The notes beneath the pieces were generated by a model. That model worked only from the letters and a program-made list of their open reading frames with translations. It did not search any database and was not told the DNA's origin. From a virus: DNA of 64,000 nucleotides. The position numbers were made by a program, and so were the translations under genes. Location: positions 1 through 64,000 of IMG/VR virus record IMGVR_UViG_3300035698_005189. One strand, 5' to 3'. Below, piece by piece: positions 19,001-26,971 of the stretch (position 1 is its first letter; each line of letters opens with the position of its first letter).

Positions 19001-20950
19001 GGTGCCGTCCGGGTTGTCGTTCAGGTAGGTGATGCGGGCCCGCCGGGGGAGCATGGAGCCATCGGCTTGCTTGTCGAGGATCAGCTGGTTCGCCAGGAAC
19101 TTGCCGGTAGTCGGGTCCCTGGTGACCTCTCGCATAGCGTGTCGTGTATTCTTGGTCAGCCAGCCCTTGAGGGCCTCGGCGTGAGCCTCGGGGGTGGTCG
19201 CAGCGCGGAGGGCGTCCCACTCCCGATGGCCTGCGGCGTCGAAGGCGTCATAGGCGAACGTTCCTGACTTCTGTCTAAAGTCGTTGGCTGTGATCTCGAC
19301 GGGAAGGTGGGGGAGGGCGGCCTCGGCCTCGGTGGCGTCTTTGCCGAAGGCGGTCCGTCCCAGCGCCCGGAGGTACTCGTTGAGCTGACGGCGGCGGAGG
19401 GCCTTGATGTTCTTGGGGTCCCGGGAGTCGAACCCCATGAGGTCGGCTACGTCTGCGTGCTCGTCTGGGAGGGCGTCCTGGTTCAGGTACCACCAGGCCT
19501 TCATCGTGGTGAGCGGGTTGCCGTCTCCGTCGTACATCTCCTTGAGTTCGCCGATGCGTGGGCGGACCTTGGAGGCCTCGGGGTTGGTCGGGTCCCAGCC
19601 CATGACTGGCTTGTCTGGGGAGATGGGGCCGACTCGCATGAACATGGTTCGACCGGATACGCTCATCTCGTAGAAGCGGTCGTAGTTGCCCTGGTTGCCG
19701 GTGGCTTCCCGGTTCGGTGGCGGCATCTGCAGGAACCCGGTCGCTGGCGGGCTTTCGGAGACACGGAGGGCTGTGGCGACAGCCGTCTCCTTGGTTTTCC
19801 ACCAGGCCAGCCGGTCATCGTCCTTGGCCATGTCGAGGATGCCGACACACCAGTCGGCCTTCTTGGCAGCCTCCCGGGCGGCAGCTGGGTTGGTACCAGA
19901 CAGGCTCTCTGCGATGGCCAGGTGCTTGGCTTGGCCTGCCTCATCGGTCGCCAGGGGGCGGAGGACGTCTTTACCGAAGAACGACCTGAAGAACTCGTAA
20001 GCCCCAGGCGCGGCGACAGCGAGGTCGTGGGGGTACATCACAGCGGCAGTGAACGACTCAGCCCAGCGCTCGAAGTCATTCGTCAGGGAGTAGGGGGTGA
20101 CGCCCTTCTCCTTATCGCCGCCATCTCGCATGAACTTGATCCAGTCAGCCCAGACAGGTCCGTCGTAGTCTTTGTTGACGTCCCGCGCCTTTTCGCCTCC
20201 GTGAGCCCCGAGCTTGTTGTGTACGGCGTGCGCCATCTCGTGTACGAGGCACTCGACCATGAACGCCGAGCCCTTCATTCGGTGGCCCCAGCCGCCCTGG
20301 CACTTGTCATCGAGGATGGTCAGGTCTGTGACCATGTCGCCATTAGCGTCGTAGGAGGGGGAGGCCAGGCCTGCCCAATTCACGCCGTTGATCTTCTTTC
20401 GTCCCCGGGGGTCCTCGTCGGCGGTCGTGAACTTGATGTTACGAATCAGGCCATCGAAGTTGTCCCGAATGATGGGCGGGAGCAGTCGCTGGGCGGTGTC
20501 GACGGCGCGGTAGTTGGAGATCTGGGCGCCATGCGGATCGTCAGGCTCGGTGTCGCCGCCGTTGTAGAGCTTGTTGATCCCGTTCTCGTACACCTTCTCC
20601 GCCTGCTTCGACAGGACGATGTGAGGCGGCTTCTCCCAGCCCAGGTAGGCCTCGAGGTACTCCGATGACAGGGCCGATAGTCGCTTTCGGGCTCCCTCAG
20701 TCTCCGGGTTCTCCTTGGCGAAGTCGGCCTTGGTCCGATGCACCAGCTTCTGGTGGGTCGCATCGGCTGCTGTGACGTCGGCAGCGAGGCGCTCCATCCA
20801 CTTCCGGCGCTTGTTGTCGTCTGGGTAGTAGTAGACCCACGCGAGCTTCCCGTTGACCATTCGCCTGACGCGCTTCCAGTACTTGTGCGACCGTGAGGTG
20901 CCACGCGAGAAGCCACTGGCGGCCTTTGCGATGCTGAGTCCGGGCTTCAT
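13043..20950 (-). CDS. Giant polyvalent protein: zincin metallopeptidase + SNF2/SF2 helicase (DarB-like, no methylase seen)
   Basis: HEMAH...YSLTNDFERWAESF (zincin); GHFMGTGKT (motif I), DEAH (II), TGTP (III), SDAAQVGLN (V), QRITRCAR (VI). Confidence 0.85.
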   Translation of the reverse strand: MKPGLSIAKAASGFSRGTSRSHKYWKRVRRMVNGKLAWVYYYPDDNKRRKWMERLAADVTAADATHQKLVHRTKADFAKENPETEGARKRLSALSSEYLEAYLGWEKPPHIVLSKQAEKVYENGINKLYNGGDTEPDDPHGAQISNYRAVDTAQRLLPPIIRDNFDGLIRNIKFTTADEDPRGRKKINGVNWAGLASPSYDANGDMVTDLTILDDKCQGGWGHRMKGSAFMVECLVHEMAHAVHNKLGAHGGEKARDVNKDYDGPVWADWIKFMRDGGDKEKGVTPYSLTNDFERWAESFTAAVMYPHDLAVAAPGAYEFFRSFFGKDVLRPLATDEAGQAKHLAIAESLSGTNPAAAREAAKKADWCVGILDMAKDDDRLAWWKTKETAVATALRVSESPPATGFLQMPPPNREATGNQGNYDRFYEMSVSGRTMFMRVGPISPDKPVMGWDPTNPEASKVRPRIGELKEMYDGDGNPLTTMKAWWYLNQDALPDEHADVADLMGFDSRDPKNIKALRRRQLNEYLRALGRTAFGKDATEAEAALPHLPVEITANDFRQKSGTFAYDAFDAAGHREWDALRAATTPEAHAEALKGWLTKNTRHAMREVTRDPTTGKFLANQLILDKQADGSMLPRRARITYLNDNPDGTKTAIDVLADTSGEDGRHGRFFIESPMWRELLTPGGFEDVRSPEHLQDLCKKAASERRRAWISVATDTTGGDTGHLFHVQVEFDGRGQPRLLGTEWERRTGKKEPRLDDLLGQGRIVGGYRHTDVEHVPATPGEHRTASKDLAYRIKADLEAMGHELGIKKDQSLVHVTYSGTGVKIEPANLRLVVPKKPGKKAKNRTPKEPKKNDKTRAGLTALAAALIAKGYDADPILDGEGGIIISTPVPDDTIRETVVKLGGTEVSRAPVVGEKIRIKKPAVRSEKWVPEKYDNVVVEASPAELDRKSGKDVIAKYTGIEPGKPAGEKPSPPGWDRMPPSAEGDPQELQRSDREPPVPFKPTKAEVKLMRGGLLPGWYPEDAAHRDWKTAILDPATKNHDENVEDWTAEDWPDRHIFIGVGGGGAAGRRLVRFSQDEIRRTVRPVAPGTTPERLADGLLIYRHDEVDKRTGAVVASELRILTPASGRVNDGDLMELPGINRIDKHKGPGSALVVSIAGFANLRETVGGLSLTSEAEAILRDRADHLNEIAARAVKKEHILELRDIDPKVLAAGIPGVLAPTGLRAVLPNGVPFTLADHQAAGTQLVLDNAGRGLLGHFMGTGKTVTALTCARTMMALLDPADPTQRHPDAPKKVIIVAPLNTVDQWREASDTFTTVGCHVVGAGSNDIPADAFLKGVENGTYGKDTVVVGPEYWALNEDKLIAAGFDGLVGDEAHLGLKSSTSLRNKALRRWNDKMKMVVLMTGTPMTTSPADFLEYVKILSRGEQWGGMSRNSFVEEYLEESVVPGLTGAATAGPKISVKPEKREEVAATIGRWTHIVTTKDVKGKALPATRMDETHFAHMTGTQAILYAAYLAKLTDADKDKITEGGWVGADELRGLSGDAKRNVLAAKAISNCPAYKPQSDSKFVQISRSAGDNAIKGDFYTRSPDWFTDKKIRGKWAGRWPEVTDLEGGPGEADVYTLHLRDIIGADYGAVAGTKITKAQLKAMRADGWPRKVQNPEAGPLGIRCRGSDTPAPPDPDIDKAIEIQRRARELIGKKGVAVVVDDEGQPSERVVVMGMPETIKQIATEDGSDPAEVSRLMSIRPDQTIHHDFVTYGGVTVMEGEGWVSDTRGSLHLLYRPEDIDPDTGKPRSAGGFDKVKPGDIVDVKGNAGVRPDRGLSATEKKEWEPPLFKYDAEATAEAHEAGQHVGECVVVNQDDGAATWVAQKKVAARVSCIFDPGHRDERAKADVAMVVGNAKAEQLAGWVGQFHGPGGIDGPEGRRQLVMMAGGILDGCRTMEATMRTMGFRDVNESIEGSPHYDPADSGPSPNGRYFVTYIGSTYTGNRDLNAEIFKKVKDRLGRDMETSVFVDKLGRGRKWVAYSGEVDETGIKMSQFTDDTRKKIRQQFKIDAPEAFWVDGSGPNAVQKYFYGTKRSAAILREMALAGDPNDLLIDLNKKTPEEQKEAKAAFAAGKEAYAVLKEEYAGIVKKEATTTEALTPKKRDVFNNCEAIVCSDAAQVGLNFGNATELAMYDSLGSPASEMQRITRCARMLPPAVRQSLKDDRIVSALGVPAGATGVAFMNRDLAPDPERPEARFDTEAAPGESPKFSVVPVSYKEADGATGYKWVNVEDIVTTPGPVTKLKEMEPDAFRPAPRGAPQGEVKGLTLSFGEYASKQLPTQSIEAACRVIASQSAAMMVHSDTNDPTDTQVKEWAALSNKANVAATLGTEHAAAVLEDLKTTPIPGGSGNVIDFPIGGVTATDPAVGTYDDPVALTDSAVAAVTAAIDKLSPEDRAAFAGAEYVLEGTSSLDPTAIYLAIRADEIMSYIDKRRVRVGASMRAAPGGVVVTDQDIARAVIDELSPTDRAILKTKKYLVNVTRFGVSCVMPKTVTIKGDKQKGTKDQTVHAGYERQYPVLTEVSVRATSRARQVVNETVMRDVQAGVAIRDPLHYDTVHAEDVSSASRLDLAKAIPGLRLSAPQTPQTPR

Positions 20951-21255
20951 GGGCGGCTCCCACCGACGGATGCGTCGGGGATGGCGTAGCAGGCGTGAGC
21001 GAAGTGGAGCGGGTGGCCCGGCTCCACGAAACCCCGGCCCTCAGCGATGCTTCCGTCCTCGAGGGTTTCCGAGGTCCGGGCGATCGTGGGGGCGGCGATA
21101 ACGTCGTGGACTGCGGCCAGGAACGACCCGGTAGCCACGTCTGGATCATGGGAGTCGACAGTAAACGATCCGGCTCCCGCCTTGGTGATGCGACAGGCCC
21201 ACCGCCGGAACGGGGCCGACGGGTACTCGCGCCAGAGGTCTACTGAGTCGGACAT
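20947..21255 (-). CDS. Hypothetical protein
   Basis: Tiles with an ATGA overlap onto the giant gene. Confidence 0.55.
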   Translation of the reverse strand: MSDSVDLWREYPSAPFRRWACRITKAGAGSFTVDSHDPDVATGSFLAAVHDVIAAPTIARTSETLEDGSIAEGRGFVEPGHPLHFAHACYAIPDASVGGSRP

Positions 21256-21259
21256 GCGA

Positions 21260-23371
21260 TTACCTCGTGCCGGTTCCGTTCTTGAAGAGTGCGGTCATCA
21301 TACCAGACAACCCACCGCTGGGCTGCTTTGCGTTGACGTCGTGGACCGTCCCAGGGGCGCTAATAGCCAGCTCTGGATCTACTTCCGTGTGAGCGGTCAT
21401 CGCTCTAAACTGAGCAATCCGCTCCTTGTCGCGCTGCTGCATGTATGCTCGTCTGGTCGACTCGACCTGCGACGGCGTGCTCGTGCCGGCTACTTCGGCG
21501 TCGAGCTGGGCTCCTACGGCATCGGCTGTGCCAGCCCGGGAGGCGGCCTGGTAGACGTAGACTCGCTCGTCGGTGCCGAATCGCTCCTTGAGGTCACGGT
21601 GCGATGGGCCCGAGGCCTCGAACTCAGGCCAGACCTCTTCGGAGGCCACCCACTGGTCGATCCGGTCCCGGAACGACGCATCGCGTGCGGTGGCGACTCG
21701 CTTGAAGCTCTCGGTTGCTGTGTCGAGCGCAGCGGCGGCTGCCCTGCGCTTGGTCGGGCGGGACTTGCCCTCGGCGAGCCCCAGCGCCTCTGCGACGTCA
21801 TCGAGGGAGCCTGGCTCGCCGTCATTGTCGAGACCGAACCTGACCCGGAGGGCTGTGCGGTTGTCGCCGTCGGCCATGGCCCCGAGGACGTCGTCTACTT
21901 CCTCCCTGACGTGGAGGGCGGTGCCGGCTGTGTAGGCCCCAGCCCCGCTCATCGGTAGGATGGCTTCCTGGTGGATGAGCCACTCTTCATTTCCGACCAC
22001 CCGGTCGCCACGGACGAGGTCGCCCAGGGTGTGGACGAGTTGCACCTTGCCGGGGTGGTCCTTGCCGAGTTCGTCCCCGTTGGGGGTCTTGATCTTCCAG
22101 GGACCGTCGGGGACCTCTTCGGAGCCCTGGTCGATGGTCTTACCGTCGTCGGTGACGTAGTTGCCGAGGTCCTTGCCCTGGTAGACGTCCCGCTTCTTCA
22201 GTCGCCATTCCGTAGCGGTCTTCTCCGGGGTCGGCTCGATGCCGAGGCCCTTCTTGCGGGCTCTGGTCCTGGCAGCGATGAGCCCGCCGATTACCTTCAT
22301 CTTCCTGTCGGGGATGGTGATGCCGGCCCCGAGTTCGGTCCGGGCCGCCTGCAGGGCGTAGGTCATGGCGAAGTCTTTGGCGTGCCCCAGGAATGGGGAG
22401 CCTCCTCCGTACGTCGACAGGCCCATCGCGAATCCGTAGTGGGCTCCGCCCAGAAGCTCTTCGTACGCGGCGGATGGGCCGCCTCCGGGAGCTACGCGTG
22501 CGATACCGTACCGCTGAGCGATACGCTTGGCTGCCCCGTGGATGAGCGGACGAAACTCAGCGAGCGTGGCAGCCTGTTGCTGCTTGGGGACCGCTACGCC
22601 GTCCCGCCACTTGCCGAGCGAGTTCTTCACCCGCAGGACAGCGAAGCCGCTGTGCTCCATGTCGTGCAGGATGGTGCCGGGCTCTGCGCGTGACTCAGCG
22701 AAGGGCTTGAGGCGACGAGCGGCGTCGGACACCGGGCCCTCTTCGGATGGCTTTTTGGGAGGCTCCACATTTACCGGCCTGCGCTGAGGCGGGGGCGGAG
22801 GTGGCTGGTGGCGCTTAGGAGGCGGGGGCGCGTCCTCTGGGGGCTTGGGTGGCTTCGCCTTCGGCTTCGGCGACTCCCGGCGGAGGGGGACGAGAGTAGT
22901 CTCCCTGGCCAGGTGGTGGCTGCCGGGGCTGGTGACCGAGGTCACCCAGACACCGCCTTCGGGCGCGGCGGCGTGGTCCGGGGTGACCCGGTAGAGGCCC
23001 TGCCTGCCTCCGACCTCAACGACGTCGCCGGCCTTCACGTTCTCGTAGGTCCTGGTGGGGTCGCGTTCCCAGGGGTGGGCGTCGTGCTCACGGTGTCCTG
23101 GGTACCAGTACTCGTAGCCCTTAGAGCCCTTGGCCTTCTTACGATATCCGCCCTTCTTGCCGCCGGGGATGGCTGCCCAGCCAGCGCCGGGTGGGGCATG
23201 AATCGCCTTGCTCAGGTCGGCCTGAGATTCCTCAGCTGCGATCTCGTCCCAGGCCTCACGGAGGCCGGCGGGGACGGGGTACCACTCGACATCGCGGGTT
23301 CCGTCGTCAGCGAAGTCACCGTCAACCATCCGAGGGTCCACCGGGACCGGGAGGGCTGCTACCTTGGCCAT
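21260..23371 (-). CDS. Divergent sigma70-family factor with long N- and C-terminal extensions
   Basis: Region 2 'EFRPLIHGAAKR...YEELLGGAHYGF...FLGHAKDF', region 3 'ITIPDR...GIEPTPEKTA', region 4 'VDDVLGAM...RTALRVRFGL...SLDDVAEALGL'. Confidence 0.8.
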   Translation of the reverse strand: MAKVAALPVPVDPRMVDGDFADDGTRDVEWYPVPAGLREAWDEIAAEESQADLSKAIHAPPGAGWAAIPGGKKGGYRKKAKGSKGYEYWYPGHREHDAHPWERDPTRTYENVKAGDVVEVGGRQGLYRVTPDHAAAPEGGVWVTSVTSPGSHHLARETTLVPLRRESPKPKAKPPKPPEDAPPPPKRHQPPPPPPQRRPVNVEPPKKPSEEGPVSDAARRLKPFAESRAEPGTILHDMEHSGFAVLRVKNSLGKWRDGVAVPKQQQAATLAEFRPLIHGAAKRIAQRYGIARVAPGGGPSAAYEELLGGAHYGFAMGLSTYGGGSPFLGHAKDFAMTYALQAARTELGAGITIPDRKMKVIGGLIAARTRARKKGLGIEPTPEKTATEWRLKKRDVYQGKDLGNYVTDDGKTIDQGSEEVPDGPWKIKTPNGDELGKDHPGKVQLVHTLGDLVRGDRVVGNEEWLIHQEAILPMSGAGAYTAGTALHVREEVDDVLGAMADGDNRTALRVRFGLDNDGEPGSLDDVAEALGLAEGKSRPTKRRAAAAALDTATESFKRVATARDASFRDRIDQWVASEEVWPEFEASGPSHRDLKERFGTDERVYVYQAASRAGTADAVGAQLDAEVAGTSTPSQVESTRRAYMQQRDKERIAQFRAMTAHTEVDPELAISAPGTVHDVNAKQPSGGLSGMMTALFKNGTGTR

Positions 23372-23372
23372 G

Positions 23373-24863
23373 CTACACGTCCTCGAAGAGAGTCGGATTC
23401 GCCCCGGCCCGCTCCACAGCCCACTTCCGGAATACTTCGGGGTGGATGTAGGAGGCCCGGGCGACAGCTGGGGTATTGTTGATCAGGGAGGCGACCTTCT
23501 TGGATGCGACGAACATGGCCTTAGCCAGGAGGCGCTTATCGCTCTTGGTGTCACCCGTGAGCGGCGGAGGGGTGTCGGTGGCGTTGATGGATCGCTCCGC
23601 CTCCTTCGTCGCCAGGATTGTCCGCAGATCCTTCAGGTACATCCCAGCGGGGAGGATGTCGCGCGACGCAGCGAGGGCCGCTCTGCCGAACAGCGGACGG
23701 TTGCGATGGCCGCCTCCCTTGGTGTAGTGGGACACGGCCTCAGCGATAGCCTTGTTCCTGATCGTGGCGGTGTTGGTCTTGCCCTGTTTCCCGACGAAGT
23801 CGAACTTGACCACGTTGCCCTCGACGGAGACGTGAGCCGACGTCAGGGTGGAGACGCCGTAGCGGCCTGCCAGCATCCCTGGCCCACCAGGCCGGAGGCC
23901 AGTCTTGGCGATAATCGCAGTGATAAGCGCGGCCTGATGGTGACGCGACCCAGGCTCGGCCCGGGACAGCTTCGACTGGATGCCTCGCACGATCTTGGGG
24001 TGGTCCTCGATAAACGACTGGACGCGGGCCCACTTGGCGGCGTCGGAGGCAGCGTGGAACTCGGGGGTATACCCGGACTGCGGCCGACCGGCCCTGTCTT
24101 TCCATCGGATGACAGCCGTCTTGTGCGGGTCGCCGTCGAGGCGCATGGTGATGGCTGGCAGGGGGATGGCGGCCTCGGGCAGCTTGCTTACGCCGAGGGC
24201 CTTCAGTCGCGCCAGGACGTTCGGATGTAGCTGGGAGCCTGGCGGGCGGTGCTTCTCGGGCTTCTTGGGTCGCCCTCGCGTAGCGGGAGCCCCAGCCTTC
24301 CACGGGATCGTATGCTTGGCGTCGGCCCACTTACCGCCTCGAGGCCCGATGAAGGGGCCGCCCGACTTGGCCAGGATGATGGCGGCACCGAGGGAGGCCT
24401 CACCTGAGGCAACCATGGCCCCGAAGTCATCGAGGGAGATCTCGGTGACCCCGGCTACGGCCTTGCCTCCCAGCGGGTGATGGGCGCAGAAGGCGTCGAG
24501 GGCTGCATCGCGGTCTGGGAACCACAGGAAGATCTTGTCTTCGTCATACCCGATAGCGCTGGGGTCGTAGTCTTTCTGGTGAACGACGTAGACCATTTCG
24601 TTGGTCGGGTCGGGTCCGACGTAAGCATCCACAGGCTGCCCATCGGCCCCGAGAGTGCCTTCGACCTCGCCGTACGGGAATCGCATCACGGCGGCCCACG
24701 GCTTGCCCTCCGGGTCCCGGCCCCGCCGGACCTGGCCGGCTGCGTTCTCGACTGCGACGGTGACGCAGGGCGAGATGGCTATGCGGCCGACGAAAGGGAA
24801 CGGGTCCCGGTTGGGGCTTGGGGGAGGGAGCATGGCCCGGCCACCCTTCGACGCGATGATCAT
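23373..24863 (-). CDS. InPase (inorganic pyrophosphatase-like) domain fused to DNA topoisomerase IB
   Basis: N-terminal 'ENAAGQVRRG...PYGEVEGTLGADGQPVDAYVG...VVHQ...YDEDK'. C-terminal Topo IB catalytic set: TGLRPG, FVGKQG, KDLRT, NNT, ASYIHP. The start at 24863 overlaps the MuF stop (ATGA). Confidence 0.88.
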   Translation of the reverse strand: MIIASKGGRAMLPPPSPNRDPFPFVGRIAISPCVTVAVENAAGQVRRGRDPEGKPWAAVMRFPYGEVEGTLGADGQPVDAYVGPDPTNEMVYVVHQKDYDPSAIGYDEDKIFLWFPDRDAALDAFCAHHPLGGKAVAGVTEISLDDFGAMVASGEASLGAAIILAKSGGPFIGPRGGKWADAKHTIPWKAGAPATRGRPKKPEKHRPPGSQLHPNVLARLKALGVSKLPEAAIPLPAITMRLDGDPHKTAVIRWKDRAGRPQSGYTPEFHAASDAAKWARVQSFIEDHPKIVRGIQSKLSRAEPGSRHHQAALITAIIAKTGLRPGGPGMLAGRYGVSTLTSAHVSVEGNVVKFDFVGKQGKTNTATIRNKAIAEAVSHYTKGGGHRNRPLFGRAALAASRDILPAGMYLKDLRTILATKEAERSINATDTPPPLTGDTKSDKRLLAKAMFVASKKVASLINNTPAVARASYIHPEVFRKWAVERAGANPTLFEDV

Positions 24864-25819
24864 TTCTTCCTCCTGACGAGCCTGCCGGCTACGCCGATAA
24901 CGGTCGGGACCGCCTGGCCAGACCTCCAATCCTCGGGAAACCGTAACATATCGGGAACGCGGAGCATCGAGCAGGCGCACCAGGGATGCATCGTGCCCAC
25001 CACGGCCTGCCAGTCGGCTTGCTTGCGACCGACGTTGGTTCCATTGTCGGTAAGATCGTCCAGGTAGAAGATCCGGGGGACACCACCCGAGAGGTAGAGT
25101 CGGATGCAGTGAGGGCAGGCGGTCGCACGCGGGAGCTTGTAGACGCGCTGGCGGCGGCCCTGCGGGGCGGACTCCTGCCACCGGGCGGCCTTGCCTTCCT
25201 GCACTGTGTTCTGGAACTCGGTCTGAGCTATTCGCTGCAGGTCACGGGTCCAGTCTTTAGTGAGGTGTCCCATGTCGCTCGTCATGCGGCTGACGGTGGA
25301 GCGGAACTGGCCGTCGAGGAAGTCGTCGGTCAGGCCTTCCTCCGCCCCGATCTCCTTGAGGCGGGCGGACGCATCCTCGTCGCCAAACCTGGCGGCCACG
25401 ACATCGCGCATGATGCCCCGGAGGCGGCGGTCCAGCGCGGCGTCGGCTTCGACGAGCATCTTGCCGGTGGCCTCTTCGACCCGGTTGCCCAGGCCGACGA
25501 CATACTGCGCGGCACGGGCGGACGCGATCTCAGCTGAGAGGCGCTCTTCCCGAGTCTGCGGGATCGGGCGGTCAGCGAAGTGCGCCATACCAAGATCGTA
25601 TCCGGGGCTGCCGCTGGCGGCGATGGCTGTCCCGGCGGCGAACACAGGAGCCACCAGGCCAGGCGACGCGTCCTCAACGAGTCCGAGCCCAACGGCTGCA
25701 CGCCAGTCGAGCTTGGTGGCGGAGGACTTGCCTCCGATGGCGGCGGCGGCAGCCGCGTGGTTCCGTCTGAGGACCTCGGCTACGCGTCGTCGCACCTCTG
25801 GGGTGACGAGGCGGGCCAC
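24860..25819 (-). CDS. MuF / SPP1 gp7-like head morphogenesis protein
   Basis: 'LQRIAQTE', 'ACPHC', 'HPWCAC' motifs; downstream of portal. Confidence 0.85.
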   Translation of the reverse strand: MARLVTPEVRRRVAEVLRRNHAAAAAAIGGKSSATKLDWRAAVGLGLVEDASPGLVAPVFAAGTAIAASGSPGYDLGMAHFADRPIPQTREERLSAEIASARAAQYVVGLGNRVEEATGKMLVEADAALDRRLRGIMRDVVAARFGDEDASARLKEIGAEEGLTDDFLDGQFRSTVSRMTSDMGHLTKDWTRDLQRIAQTEFQNTVQEGKAARWQESAPQGRRQRVYKLPRATACPHCIRLYLSGGVPRIFYLDDLTDNGTNVGRKQADWQAVVGTMHPWCACSMLRVPDMLRFPEDWRSGQAVPTVIGVAGRLVRRKK

Positions 25820-25823
25820 CGGG

Positions 25824-26117
25824 TCAGCCTGCGAAGATCTTGATGAGCGCGATGGTGCCTGGGATAGCCCCAGCCCCGACCCAGGCGAGCTTGCTGATCC
25901 AGGCTGCCCCTACGGCCTTATCGCGTAGGACTGTGAGGGTCTCGACCTTGGTCTTGAGTTCGGCAATCTCGCCCTGCATAGAGACGACGTTGTCGCTGAC
26001 ATGGCAGCCACGGCAGAGAATCTCGACCTCGCCGATGCGCTCTGCCATCCGGTCGATCTTACCCTCGAGCCTCTCCAGCATCGTGTATACCCTGTCAAGT
26101 TCGTCTGCCATGGTCAA
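25824..26117 (-). CDS. Coiled-coil protein with C-terminal hydrophobic anchor (XhlA/holin-like)
   Basis: Heptad N-terminus 'LERLEGKIDRMAERI' and hydrophobic C-terminal tail. Confidence 0.45.
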   Translation of the reverse strand: MTMADELDRVYTMLERLEGKIDRMAERIGEVEILCRGCHVSDNVVSMQGEIAELKTKVETLTVLRDKAVGAAWISKLAWVGAGAIPGTIALIKIFAG

Positions 26118-26407
26118 ACTCCGTCAGGGTCGTGGACCTCCGCCAAGATCTCAGCGATCTCAGCGAGGGCGAGGTCCATGGCACGACGGTAGATGTCAAC
26201 CGCCGCAGCGGTGGCTTCTCTGACTACCTCGTACCGTGGTTCGGCGTCGACGGGGACCGCTACGCGGGACCCACCAAGAGCCTTGACTGCCTCGTCTGTC
26301 CAGCCTGCGTCCGCACCATCGGCGACGGCGGCTGCACGGAGGGCGACCACGGCTCCCCCCGGGTCCCTGGCGAGAGACCCGGGAGCAGCTTCGACCGCCA
26401 GCCTCAC
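26114..26407 (-). CDS. Hypothetical protein
   Basis: Tiling with an ATGA overlap. Confidence 0.55.
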   Translation of the reverse strand: MRLAVEAAPGSLARDPGGAVVALRAAAVADGADAGWTDEAVKALGGSRVAVPVDAEPRYEVVREATAAAVDIYRRAMDLALAEIAEILAEVHDPDGV

Positions 26408-26410
26408 CGA

Positions 26411-26941
26411 CTACTCGGAGCTGGTGAAGGCGGAGGAGACGTTGGAGATGGCCGACCGGGTCGTGAAGTCGATCACGCCGTTGATGGCGGTATCGGCGGT
26501 CCGGTTCAGGGTCCAGTCGCCGAGGCAGGTCCAGTTGTCCGCATAGCCGAGGGAGGTTTCGACTTCGGCGTCGGTGGGTGCGACGGCGAGGCCGGCACCG
26601 GCGGGGGTACCCCAGACCACGCCGAGGACGGGGGTGTCGTTGTCGGCACCGGTGGCGAGGACGATGCGACCCACGATCTGGCCGGGGTTGGCCATGATGG
26701 CGACGGGCGACACGGTCTGCGCGTTGATGAACTCGAGGCTGTGCTTCAGCCCCTGCACCTTGGCGAAGAGGGCCTCGAGGTCGAGGATGGCGACACAGGC
26801 AACGGCACCGCTGCCTTGGGTCAGGGTGTCTTCGACAGGCACGCCGCCTTCGATGACACGATTGAACTCGAACGCGGCCTGCGCGTTGAGGAAGTCGAGG
26901 ACCTGCTGCGACTGCGCGGCGAGGAGTGCGGGGCTACCCAT
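26411..26941 (-). CDS. Hypothetical (possibly structural) protein
   Basis: Strongly biased codons like MCP; good RBS. Confidence 0.6.
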   Translation of the reverse strand: MGSPALLAAQSQQVLDFLNAQAAFEFNRVIEGGVPVEDTLTQGSGAVACVAILDLEALFAKVQGLKHSLEFINAQTVSPVAIMANPGQIVGRIVLATGADNDTPVLGVVWGTPAGAGLAVAPTDAEVETSLGYADNWTCLGDWTLNRTADTAINGVIDFTTRSAISNVSSAFTSSE

Positions 26942-26971
26942 GATGGATCTCCAGGGGGTGTTGGGTCAAGG

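Noticed and set aside
24864-25181. Track's 106-aa N-terminal extension of the Topo IB ORF
   Set aside because: It overlaps MuF; the ATG at 24863 has an RBS and ATGA coupling
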